From NCBI GenBank assembly GCA_050273025.1, contig CP158636.1:10292001-10356000 (forward strand): a DNA stretch of 64,000 nt, given 5' to 3'. This document shows, piece after piece, positions 26,741-38,228 of the stretch. The notes under the pieces are model-generated. The model ran no database searches. It was given only the letters and a program-made list of their open reading frames with translations, and was not told the DNA's origin. A program made the position numbers and the translations under genes. This DNA is from Cenococcum geophilum. Taxonomy: Eukaryota. The first letter of the stretch is position 1, and the number at the start of each line of letters is the position of its first letter.

Positions 26741-29700
26741 ACCTGCCTGTCTACCTACCTACCTGCCTACCTGCCTGCCTACCTGCCTGTACCTGTCTAT
26801 GCCTACCTATCTATGCCTACCTGTCTGTGCCTACCTGTCTGTGCCTACCTGTCTATGCCTGCCTGTCGTGCCTACTTGTCTATGCCTACCTGTCTGTATC
26901 TATTATTTAGGGGAGAAGTCGGCCCAATCAAAGGCTCTGCTTGATTTGATTGTGATTAATTATATTAATTCAAATCGTTCTCTATGGGCGTTTGCTGGCT
27001 GTACGTTTAAATAATGGTTATCTGGGGTGCCTCTCCAAGAGGCCCTGATTCGATTTAATTCGGTAATAGGGTAATATCGAGGCTCTGGTTCGATTCGATC
27101 GATCGATTAAATTAATCGTGGTGTTCGCTGGCTGGTCGTTCAAACGATTATCGTCTGGCGACGGCGACGGTCGTATGGTTCTGGCGACGGTCCTCTCCTA
27201 CCTACCTACCTACCTACCTATCTGCCTACCTGCCTGCCTGCCTATATCAGTATCTAATTCAATTTGGGGGAGGGGTCGGCCCGATCGAAGGCTCTAATTG
27301 ATTCAGATCGTTCTCTACGGCCATTCGCTAGCTGTACATTCAAACGGTGGTCGTCTAGGGTGCCTCCCTAGGAGGCCTTGGTTCGATTCGGTGATGGGCC
27401 AATATTGAAGCTCTGGTTTAATTCGATCGATCAATCAATTAAATCGTTCGTGGTATTCGCTGGCTGGTTGTTTCGAAAGGTCGTCGTCTAGTTCTGGTAA
27501 CGGTCGTATGGTTCTGGTAACGGTCGTCTGGTTCTGGTAACGGTCGTCTGGTTCTAGTAACGGTCGTCTGGTTCTAGTAACGGTCGTCTGGTTCTGGTAA
27601 CGGTCGTCTGGCTCTAGGACGGTCATCTAGTTCTAGCAACGGTCGTCTAGTTCTGGCGACGGTTATATAGTTCTGGCGACGGACGTCTAGTTCTAGCAAC
27701 GGTCCTCTGCTGGCTGCCGTTCTAGTGCCTCCTAAGGTAGGGAGGATGCAAGGAAGGGTAAAAAATAAGGTAGCTACAAAGGGGGTAGCTTGGCAGAGGC
27801 ACGTGTAGGGCTATCGGGAATATAGCGGGGACCCGATAGTAATGTGTGTCATGCGGAGCTTCGTGTAGAGCCTCCGTACGCAGAGCTTCGCGCAGAGCCT
27901 CGTGCAGAGCTTCGTGTAGAGCCTCCGTACGCAGAGCTTCGCGCAGAGCCTCGTGCAGAGCCTCGTGCAGAGCCTTTATACGTAGAGCTTCGTATAGAGC
28001 TTCGTATAGAGCCTCGTGCAAAGCTTCGTGCAGAGCCTCGTGCAGAGCTTCGTGCAAGCTTCGTGTAGAGCTTCGTGCAAGTTTCGTGTAGAGCTTCGTA
28101 TAGAGTTTCGTGTAGAGCTTCGTGCAGAGCTTCGTGCAGAGCTTCGTGTATGTAGAGCCTCGTGCAGAGCCCCAGTAGTGTTGCTTAAGGGGTGTGCATA
28201 GGGTGTTGCTTTGGGGGGTATCCTGCCAGGAACCTGACAGGACGATCAGGAAATACTAGTTTCCTGTCAGGAGCCTGTCAGGACAATCAGGAAATATTAG
28301 TTTCCTATCAGGAGCGCATCAGGATGGTAGGGTCCTGTCAGGAGCCTATCAGGACGACCAGGACGTTCAGGACATCAGGACATTCAGGACGTCCAGGACG
28401 TCCAGGACGATCAGGAAAATCAAAATCCTGCCAGGAGCCTGTCAGGAGCCTATCAGGACGATCAGGACCTCCAGGAAAATCAAAATCCTGTCAGGAGGCC
28501 TCCAGGATCTTGGCACCCCAACAAAATGCTGATGCTGTCTATATTACCTACCTATCTATATTACCTACCTATCTACATCGCCTACCTATCTGCATTGTCT
28601 ACCTATTTATATTATCTACCTATCTATATCACCTACCTATCTACATTACCTACCTATCTATATTACCTACCTATCTATATTACCTACCTATCTATATTAC
28701 CTACCTATCTATATTATCTACTGGTCTATATTATCTACCTATTTATATTACCTACCTATCTACATTACCTACCTGTCTACATCACCTACCTATCTACATC
28801 GCCTACCTGTCTATATTGTCTACCTATTTGCATTGTTTACCTATCTATATTGCCTACCTATTTGCATCTACCTATAGTGTCTAATTTAATTTAGGGGAGA
28901 GGTCGGCCCAATTAAAGGCTCTAATTAATTTAAATCGTTCTCTATAGCCGTTCGCTAGCTATATATTTAAACAGTAGTTATCTAGGGTGCCTCCCTAGGA
29001 GGCCTTAATTTAATTTAATTCGGTAATAGGCTCTAGATTAATTTAATTAATTAATTAAATTGTTTATAGTGTTCGCTGGCTGGTTATTTAAACGGTCGTC
29101 GTTTAGTTCTAGTAACGGTCGTCTACTAGTTCTAGTAACGGTTGTCTGGTTCTAGCAACAGTTATCTAGTTCTGGCGACGTTCGTCTAGTTCTAGTAACA
29201 GTCGTAGTTCTGGTGACGGTCGTCTAGTTCTAGCAACGGTCGTCTGGTTTTAGCAACGGTCGTCTAGTTCTGGCAACGGTCGTCTAGTTCTGGTAACGGT
29301 CATCTAGTTCTGGCGACGGTTATCTGGTTCTAGCGACGTTCGTCTAGTTCTAGCGACGGTCGTGGTTCTAACGACGGTCGTCTAGTTTTAGCAACGGTCG
29401 TGGTTCTAGCGACGGTTATCTAGTTCTAGCGACGGTCGTCTAGTTCTAGTAATAGTCGTCTAGTTCTGGTAATAGTCCTCTCCTACCTACCTACCTACCT
29501 GCCTACCTACTTATCTGCCTACCTACTTATTTATCTACCTACCTACTTACCTACCTACCTACTTACCTACCTACCTACCTACCTACCTACCTGCCTGCCT
29601 GCTTACCTACCTACATTAGTATCTAGTTTAATTTAGGGGAGGAGTTGGCCTAATTAAAGGCTCTTATTAATTCAAATCATTCTCTATAGCCGTTCGCTGG

Positions 29701-30700
29701 CTATATATTTAAACAGTAGTCGTCTAAGGTGCCTCCCTAAGAAGTTTTAATTTAATTCGGTAACGGGCCAATATTAAAGCTCTAGTTCAATTCAATCGAT
29801 CAATTAATTAAATCGTTCGTGGTGTTTACTAGCTGGTTGTTTAAACGGTCGTCGTCTGGTTCTAGCGACGGTCATCTAGTCCTGGCGACGGTCGTCTAGT
29901 TCTAGCGACAGTTATCTGGTTCTAGCGACGGTCGTCTAGTTCTGGCGATGGTCATCTAGTTCTAGCGACGGTCGTTTAGTTCTGGCGATAGTTATCTAGT
30001 TCTAGCGACGGTCCTCTACTAGCTGCCGTTCCAGTACCTCCTAAGGTAGGGAGGATATAAGGAAGGGTAAAAAATAAGGTGGCTGCAAAGGGGGTAACTT
30101 GGCAGAGGTACGTGCGGGGACCCGATGTAGAGCTTCGTGTAGAGCCTCCGTACGCAGAGCTTCGTGTAAAGCCTCCATACGCAGAGCTTTGCGCAAAGCC
30201 TCGTACAAAGCCTCTATATATAGAGCTTCGTATAGAGCTTCGTATAGAGCTTCATACAGAGCCTCATGTAGAGTATCTGTACGCAGAGCTTCGTGCAGAG
30301 CCTCTGTCGCAGAGCTTCGTGCAAAGCTTCGTACAGAGCTTCATGCAGAGCCTTATACAGAGCCTCGTGCAGAGCCTTATACAGAGCCTCGTGCAAAGCC
30401 TCGTGCAGAGCCTCTTAAGCATATAACTTAAAAATAATATATTATATTACCTTAATTGTATATTAAGGAATATATAAGTTAGTTAACTGCGTGTTATTTA
30501 ACTTTTAAATATATTAAGTTAGTTAATTGCAGGTTAATTGCAGGTTAATTACGTGTTATTTAACTTTTAAATATGTTAAGTTGGTTAACTACGTGTCATT
30601 TAACTTTTAAATGTGTTAAGTTGGTCAACTGCATATCAATTACGCGAAACGCGCTTAATAAAGTCGACTTAAAACCCAGCCTACGAATATTTTCCCAATG
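25704..30700 (+). mobile_element. Non-autonomous CATC-ended satellite-carrying DNA element (copy 2), inserted in Copia-H
   Basis: Ends CATCGGCAAAATAT and ATATTTTCCCAATG. TA on both flanks (25702-25703, 30701-30702). Subterminal CGCAGCC/TAACTGCG repeats. Same repeat cassette as copy 1. Confidence 0.85.
26102..28534 (+). mobile_element. Second family of CATC-ended element nested inside copy 2
   Basis: Ends CATCAGGAAAATGTT and AACAAAATGCTGATG. 2-bp TSD CT (26100-26101 and 28535-28536) interrupts the host microsatellite. Subterminal TCCTGTCAGG/CAGGAC repeats at both ends. Confidence 0.8.
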
Positions 30701-31878
30701 TAGGTAAGCTCTTTTACTTTATATTCTCTACATTCTCTAGCTTCTTATTAAATAAGGCTTAGCTCCTTAATTGGTTAATTAAGGCCTTAAATTTAGATAA
30801 AGCCTTAGTAAGCTTCTGCTCTACTAACTATATTTTTAAGTTATTTAGTTTTTAACCTAATGGTTAAATTAACTTAATAAGGTAGAAGCATTTCCTTTAT
30901 AGGTATAGCAATCCGCATAGGTATGGCTTTATCCATTCCTTATCTAACCTTCTTAAAGATTTAGCTTCCGGTTTAGTTTCTAATTTAGGTTTATTAATTA
31001 GCTCTCCTTTAAAGCTTACTATATAGGAGCCCTATTAGCTCCTTACCTTCTAAGCTAAGTCTAATTAACAATAATTTTAATAGACCTTAATAATAACTTA
31101 AAGGGTAAGTAGTTTTTCCTTCTTCCTCTTAAGGTTCTGTAATTCGTTTTTCTAGTATTTTAACTATTCTAATAAGATAGATTTAATGGTATACATAAAG
31201 TCCTTAACTAGTCAATCGCCATCTACCTTAGGTAGTTTAATCTTCTTGTAATTATTATATACCTTCTTCCACTTATAGAGCTACTTCTTAATATTTTAAC
31301 TCTTTAGGGCTTTCTTTATTTTTAAATATTAGGTAGCTAGGTTAACCTTCTAAGCATTATTAGTTAGGGCGATAGCCTACTTAAGTAATATAAGGATATT
31401 ATAGACGGTATTCCCTTTAAAGGTATAGTTAATATAGTTATAAGAGATCGTGCTAATAATATAGGTACGTAAAGATCTAAGGGCTGCTTCCTCCTTCTTA
31501 TACCGCTTATAAGTACGGTTATACTGTTTTTATAAAGCTTAAAGCCCTTCCTTTTTACCTTTATTAAGGGCTAAGAACGTAGTCTTTTAAGAATTAATAA
31601 CTGATAGTAATGGCTCTAACGGTGCTCTATGTCTAGATAGATTATTTTTTTTAATATCCGGATCGATGTACTCCCATACACTCTTACCATCAGCTCTATA
31701 CTTAATAACACTAATCTATTAGTCCTAATTATTTAGGCCTGCTAGGATTACAGTATACGTTATAATAAGGGTTTTGGATTATTAAGAGGACATTTTAAGG
31801 CTTCTACTATTTAGTTAATAATAGGGTAATCAGGGTTTCAAATCAAAGATAATGCAGTAAATGGCCCGGGCTTATAAC

Positions 31879-32034
31879 TGTTAGACGGACAAGTCACTTA
31901 TAAAAACTCTGTCGATTAAAGCTGGCTCTAAAAGCTCTCTATATACATAAGGTAGGGGCAAAGGACTGACGACGACACTAACGACGACACTGACGACGAT
32001 TTGGAACTATTACTCAATCGCCACTAGGTCGACA
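31879..32034 (-). repeat. Copia-H 5' LTR (156 bp)
   Basis: Minus strand TGTCGAC...GTCTAACA, immediately followed by PBS-like GTTATAAGCCC. Confidence 0.8.
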
Positions 32035-35000
32035 TTGCCACTCAGTCGGTGATAGGTAATGAATAGGTAATAGAAAATAGATAGTAAGACATACGATGGC
32101 AAGAAACAGGGTGTGAGTCATAAGGTGGTACTTGACAGTGACCTCAATGTTCGACAGCAGCAGCTTAACCACGGCCTCGTGCCCTCTCTCCACCGCCCAC
32201 GATAGCGGCGTCCGACCGTACTTGTCCTTCGACTTGACGTCAACCTTGCCCGTCTCAAGCAGCAGCTTGACCACGGCCTCGCGCCCTTCCCTCGCCGCCC
32301 GCGATAGCGGCGTCCAACCGTACGTGTCCCTCGACTCGACGTCGACCTTGCCCGTCTCGAGCAGCAGCTTGACCACAGCCTCGTGCCCTCCCATCGCCGC
32401 CCACGATAGCGGCGTCCGACCGTACGTCTTGTCCTTCGACTCAACGTCCACCTTGCCCGTTTCGAGCAGCAGCTTAACCACGGCCTCGTGCCCTTCCCTC
32501 GCCGCCCACGATAGCAGCGTCCGACCGTACTCGTCCTTCGACTCGACGTCGGCCTTGCCCGTTTTAAGCAGCAGCTTGACCACGGCCTCGCGCCCTTCCC
32601 TCGCCGCCCACGATAGCGGCGTCCGACCGTACGTGTCCCACGACTCGACGTCGACCTTGCCCGTCTCGAGCAGCAGCTTGACCACAGCCTCGTGCCCTCC
32701 CATCGCCGCCCACGATAGCGGCGTCCGACCGTACTCCTTGTCCTTCGACTCAACGTCCACCTTGCCCGTTTCGAGCAGCAACTTAACCACGGCCTCGCAC
32801 CTTCCCCTCGCCGCCCACGAGAGCGGCGTCCGACCGCCCGTGTCCTTTGACTCGACGTTGGCCTTGCCCGTCTCGAGCAGCAGCTTAACCACGGCCTCGC
32901 GCCCTCCCCTCGCCGCCCACGATAGCGGCGTCCGACCGTCCGTGTCCTTTGACTCGACGTTGACCTTGCCCGTCTCGAGCAGCAGCTTGACCACGGCCTC
33001 GCCCCTTCCCTCCGTCGCCCACGATAGCGGCGTCCGACCGTACTCCTTGTCCTTTGACTCGACATCGACCTTGCCCGTCTCGAGTAGTAGCTTAACCACG
33101 ACCTCGCGCCCTCCCCTCGCCGCCCACGATAGCGGCGTCTGACCGTACTTGTCATCCTTCGACTCGACGTTGACCTTGCCCGTCTTAAGCAGCAGCTTAA
33201 CCACGGCCTCGTGCCCTCCCCTCGCCGCCCACGATAGCGGCGTCCGACCGTACTTGTCCCTCGACTCGACGTCGATCTTGCCCGTTTCAAGCAGCAGCTT
33301 AACCACGGCCTCGCGCCCTCCCTCGGCCGCCCACGATAGCGGCGTCTGGCCGTACTTCGTGTCCTTCGACTCGACGTCAACCTTGCCCGTCTTAAGCAGC
33401 AGCTTGACTACGGCCTCGCGCCCTCCCTCGGCCGCCCACGATAGCGGCGTCCGACCGTACTTGTCCTTCGACTCGACGTCGACCTTGCCCGTCTCGAGCA
33501 GCAGCTTAACCACGGCCTCGCGCCCTTCCCTCGCCGCCCACGATAGCGGCGTCTGACCGTACCCCGTGTCCTTCGACTCGACGTTGACCTTGCCCGTCTT
33601 GAGCAGCAGCTTAACCACGGCCTCGCGCCCTCCCCTCGCCGCCCACGATAGCGGCGTCTGACCGTACTTGTCCCTCGACTCGACGTCGACCTTGCCCGTC
33701 TCAAGCAGTAGCTTAACCACGGCCTCGCGCCCTCCCTCGGCCGCCCACGATAGTGGCGTCCGACCGTACTTGTCCTTCGACTCGACGTCAACCTTGCCCG
33801 TCTCAAGCAGCAGCTTGACCACGGCCTCGTGCCCTCCCCTCGCCGCCCACGATAGCGGCGTCTGACCGTACTTCGTGTCCTTCGACTCGACGTTGACCTT
33901 GCCCGTCTCGAGCAGCAGCTTGGCCACGGCTTCGTGCCCAAAATATGACACTACTATTATACTACTCATGAACCCAGGAGTTGACTCGTAGCGATGAACC
34001 AGAGTCCAGTATACGTAGAACCAATTTCGGAATCGCTGACTTTGGGTGTCGCAAATATCGAGAATCGATTGCTGCATTCCGTGCTCTGCTCTTGCCTGCG
34101 CCTTTTGGTAGTGGATAGCCCATTGACTTGCGGCATAGCCTAGGTAATGATGTTTATCTGTGTGATTTTTAACTTTAGATTCTTTTTCGGCCTGTGATTT
34201 CCCTCCTATATCTAAACTACTGCTGAATTCAGCAAAGAGGAGATACGTAATGCATGTCTTGGCGACGATAAGCTCTGACACAGCCGGCTCAATGGAATAT
34301 TTCCATACTCCGCTATACGCTTCGGTTTTTGCGAGGAGAAACTCTTTCGCTGTCTGGTGAATTAAATAGACCTTTTGATCTATAACGCTGATAAAGAGCC
34401 CGCAGAGATGTCGGACGGTGCCTTCGAATCGTATCTCGTCTTCGAGGTCGAGGTCTTTGGAGGATCTGTGGTGATCTTCGATAGCAAGTGCAATATTCAT
34501 TTCATTTAACGTAAGTGGCCTGACTGCTGCAACGACAATGCAGAGAAGTTTCCGCGCAAGCATTTTGTCCGAGCTTTTCTCAAGTATCGCCTCGTACGCG
34601 GTTTCCACCGTGGTAGGTAAGTTGGAGACGATCTGTTGTATTCCCTTCTGGGTAACACTCGTTCGGCTGCGGATCACTTCAAGAATAAGTTTTAGCCACA
34701 GGTAGGTTCGGTGAGGCATGCTCGAAAGCTTGCGTTCTAGAAAGGATCTTTCCGAGTCGTTAAGCTTTAGCTCTAATCCAATTTTCTTGTGTGCTTCAAA
34801 GTGAATAACAAGGTTAATCTCCTCGCTGATCGCTCTAGATTCTTTTTCGCCTTGCAGATGCACAGAAGGCATGTCGTGCGTCAGCTCTGTAAATCGCCGT
34901 TCAATGTCAAGGTAAGGGCGGCTAGTGGCTAGGAATTTGAACTTGGATGGATTTCCTTCAGTGTTGTTGGCTTTCTTGTAGAAAGCACTGAGGGCTTTAA

Positions 35001-36736
35001 TAATATCGTATCGACCAGATTCTTCGCATTCGTCGAGAGCATCTAAAATACAAACGACTTCGCCAGCTTTGGGATTGGTCGCGGCCTTGGTGAGGATCGT
35101 CCATAGTTTGTGAAATAACGTAGGTAGTAGGTTTCCTTCACTTTCGTAATCCGGGATAGCGTACTGGATGAGGAACCTCCTCTGCGAGAATAACTGATGT
35201 AATAGAGCGGAGAGCGCGTGGGTTACGCTTTTCTGTTTAACGTCGTCATCTTTAAAGAAGAAGTAACAAGTAGCGCGTGACTCGGTGCTTTTTAGCTCCT
35301 TCTCCACAAGGGATTTAGACAGAACTGATTTACCACAGCCGGGATCCGCCGATACCCAAAGTAGACTCGATGTATTGCTCTGATGCCATGTTTGGAAATT
35401 AGGGTGCTTTAGAAACCACTGACAAGTCCCTTTAACTCGATCGGGGTTTCTGTCTTTGTAGCTTTCATAGTCCGAAGTTCGGAGTAGTTGTTGGCATTTG
35501 CAATCCTCTTCACTCCATTCTACTTCCTGCTCTTTCGGTTGATCTTTTAATAATTAGATAATTAGCGGCTTTAAGAGCACTAAACTACGTACCAGATATA
35601 AGGTTGTGCACCGCTTTATCCGCCCTAGTAACTAGTTCCTTAATATCCTCCTTCACCATCTCATACGCTTTGTCATTTTCCCCATTGAATTTGACCATTC
35701 CTATATGGTCCGCCTCTATCGTTCGAGCGCGCTGGCCGGGATGGTCCAGGGTAGAGGAGTCGGAAGGCACAATCTATTAGACTGTTAGCTGCAAAACTTA
35801 AGGTAAGACACTATAGTACCAGCTGATTAAACCCTCCCCATTGTGTGCCCGTAACGCCCTTTGACTCCTGAAAAGTCCTTACGGTAAGATCATCCCCACG
35901 TTTTACCCATTGGGCTGTGAATGATTCCCGACAGATCTCAAGTTCAGGGCCAGAAGGCAACAGAGCATGGATGACCTGAGTATTTACGTCTACGCCCAAT
36001 ATACGGCTTGCAACGGCGGCGACACCTTCTCCAAATGAGGCCCAGTCCCTGCTGCCTCTATGGGGAGTGCCGAAGAAGAATACTCCAGTAGTTGACCCGA
36101 AGATTTTGGCGATCTTTTGGTCCGGATCGACTTCAGAGCGCCGAAGGACTTCCTTAACCAATATCCCGCCAAGCGAATGCGCAATAAAGACGAGGTCTCG
36201 GGTCGGCGTTTGCCTCCTCTTTACCTCTAATCCATACAGCAGATCCCTTGCATGGGAGAATATATTACCTTGATTCGCTGCTTTGTAACCTTGCGTGATA
36301 TTGGTATTATATCCGAAAGTCATTATTCTGGCCGTGGGAAAGTCGTCCTTAAGCAGGTCTCTCGGCCAAAAGACGTCTTTCGCCTCCGCTTCCTGGTTTC
36401 TCTCTTCATCGACATGGTCTAAGGTTTCTTTAATAGGCCTTCCAGGCTCCGTCCGCGTGTGCTTCGAGAATAAGCGAAAAGGACTAAGCGCTCGAGTCTT
36501 GTCTCTTTTAGGGACTTTTAGTGGAGCTAGAGCCTGAGCTGATTTTGGGTTTGAGGTCCAAGTCCTGTGTGGATGCCCTTGAAGACCGTGGACGAACACT
36601 ACGCTAATTTAGGTCAGTTTCCCATCAAGCAAATTTAACGTACTGGCGAGCTTTGGGATTTTTAGACTTACTCAACCACCGCGTCCTTGGGCTGACTTAA
36701 TAGGGTCAGTCCGACCGGCGCGATTGGCGTATCCAT
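32014..36736 (-). CDS. Fungal NLR: SesB-like/DUF676 alpha/beta-hydrolase + NACHT + ankyrin repeats (4 exons: 36736-36672, 36603-35820, 35773-35593, 35543-32014)
   Basis: Spliced frame gives DVVFVHGLQGH, nucleophile elbow FIAHSLGG, ADHIGMVKF, P-loop SADPGCGKS, Walker B CILDALDEC, and 17 near-identical ANK repeats plus a cap. Three GT-AG introns keep the frame. The final ~47 codons are LTR-derived. Confidence 0.92.
32035..32156 (-). mobile_element. 5' part of an LTR ('LTR-X') inserted in the last ankyrin repeat and itself interrupted by Copia-H
   Basis: Minus strand TGTCGAACATTGAGGTCAC...CCTTATGACTCAC...TTTCTTGCCATCGTATGTCTTACTA aligns with the LTR at 59868-60000 (TGTTAGAATATAAGGTTAT...CCTTATGACTCAC...TTTCTTGACATCGTATGTCTCACTA). 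Confidence 0.8.
32157..33940 (-). repeat. Highly conserved coding tandem array of ankyrin repeats (102/105-bp units)
   Basis: 17 units of the form GxTPLSWAAxxGxEAVVKLLLETGKVDVESKD. Confidence 0.95.
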
Positions 36737-37249
36737 CCACACTCGCCGTTGAAGTACCTCCGCAAAGGATTTTGAAGGAGAGAGCTGGGACCGCAATGTG
36801 AGGCTGAAGTGAGATTGCGGTGCAAGCTGTCGACCGAGCCCGTGCGAACTAGTCCTATACAGGCTTAGAATATTACCGGCGAGCAGGGAGGTGCCGAACC
36901 GCTCAGCCACATCCTTGTGCTCCCTGTTATGCCCGCTTGGCTTTTTGCGAGTTAGCGTGAATAATATAGTATAGTAAGCGCCTGATGAGATTTTAGCAGG
37001 GTCCCTGCCTAAAGCGATAGATCTGGGGTATTTTAGGTTTTAACCATACTAAGACTAAAGCGCTTGGCAAGAGGTGGGGTAAAATTTCTGTGACTACTTT
37101 GGGCGGAAGCCGATTTTACTAGCGACTGTAAGACTGCAATCTCTAGTGCAAACGAGGGGACACGCGATACGAGAGCAACAGCCAATGACCGACCCAGCGG
37201 AGGGGCAGCCGGGGGTCTCCCTGGTGGATCCCAATAGAACGGGACGGAG

Positions 37250-37940
37250 GCCACGCAACAGGGAACACCACCACTATCGGAGTTCAGAAGACAGTCATAT
37301 TCACAGGAACCAACAAAACCCCTAGCTTCGAGTTCTCAAGCGGGGGCGAAGGAAGAGCACAAACCCCGATGAGGTTGCGTGGCTCATTGCGAACCTAAAG
37401 GAGACCATAACACAACAAAACGACGTCATCAAGAATGCCAGAACCGACATCGCCGAGATCAAGTCAGAAGAGCAAAACCTGAAGAACCAGAACTCCGAAC
37501 TCCGAGAAGAAACTCAATCCCTGCGAACAGAGCTAAGTGCCTATTCAGCATCGCTCCTACCAACGCGATCATGGGCGTCAGTGGCAGAGTCAGGCGCGAG
37601 CCGCCCCCCCAAACAACGAGCAACCAATTTCCAAACAGAGAACCCAGACACCTTCGAATTAGCACGCAAGCGAGACCCGACGATGCAAATACCACAGACA
37701 CCACCTTTACTAGTTATCTTCCAACGGCCGCAGCCAACACCTACATCTGAAACGCCCTCCTGAACACGAGCGAAACTAATGACACATAGATAATGGGAGT
37801 TGGAACAACCAAGACTAGATACATGATACGATTTGGGGATGAATAATTTACAAAACAAGCGCAGATCAACACAGGATGGCTTGAAAAACTGGGTAATGGC
37901 ACGAGGCTAGTAAAAGCTAGGTTCAGGGTGGTGGTGATTA
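37250..37940 (+). pseudogene. Degenerate LINE (Tad1-like) ORF1/gag-like sequence
   Basis: Coiled-coil LKETITQQNDVIK...LRTELSAY, then RSWASVA, then GVGTTKTRYMIRF and WLEKLGNGTRLVKARFRVVV. Contains stops and a frameshift. Confidence 0.55.
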
Positions 37941-38228
37941 TGATTCTGTAGTTATTGCCCTCACTAAGCAGGACCTGGTAGAGCTGGACGACGCGGACGA
38001 TTCTAAGGACAAGAAAGCCACCAAGGCCCTGCCAGCCACAGAACTAGAGATCGACCAGCCATGTTTTCGACTACATGGGATACGGTCCGGCAGCGTGCTA
38101 GACGCCAGGCAAAGACAACCCAGTACCGAGTCGTACGGGGTGAACATCCAAACAGGTCTAATCCTTGGGCCAACGAAGACGATATACAGACATCAACGCT
38201 ACTACCTGGTAAAAAGTCCTGATAAGAC

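Larger units (their letters stand above)
1..32034 (-). mobile_element. Ty1/Copia LTR retrotransposon ('Copia-H', host of the nest), RIP-decayed, split by later insertions; continues beyond the left window edge
   Basis: Minus strand: 5' LTR at 32034-31879, then PBS-like GTTATAAGCCC. Gag remnant about 31850-30703. Protease-like ILNPTITLYI about 7190. LWYS*LGY (WHRRLGH-like) about 6770. Integrase *NGPAERF at about 6300 continues in frame past the Copia-I insertion into EL*PKVFKAVIYVINRTL (174-1). Confidence 0.85.

Noticed and set aside
17152..30431. ORFs with HEAL/RASCRAS/LPACLP/TYLSI repeats (17152, 18354, 26112, 26612, 27722, 28192, 30079 and others)
   Set aside because: They are translations of 4-, 12-, 17- and 20-bp tandem repeats inside non-autonomous elements, open in several frames, with no protein-like content.
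32118..33941. Long alternative-frame and antisense ORFs over the ankyrin array
   Set aside because: They are shadows of the GC-rich coding repeat.
36980..37022. CTGATGAG...hairpin...CGATA resembling a hammerhead ribozyme core
   Set aside because: It has GATA instead of the required GAAA, and no convincing stems I/III or NUH site; probably just a promoter palindrome (GCAGGG-T-CCCTGC).
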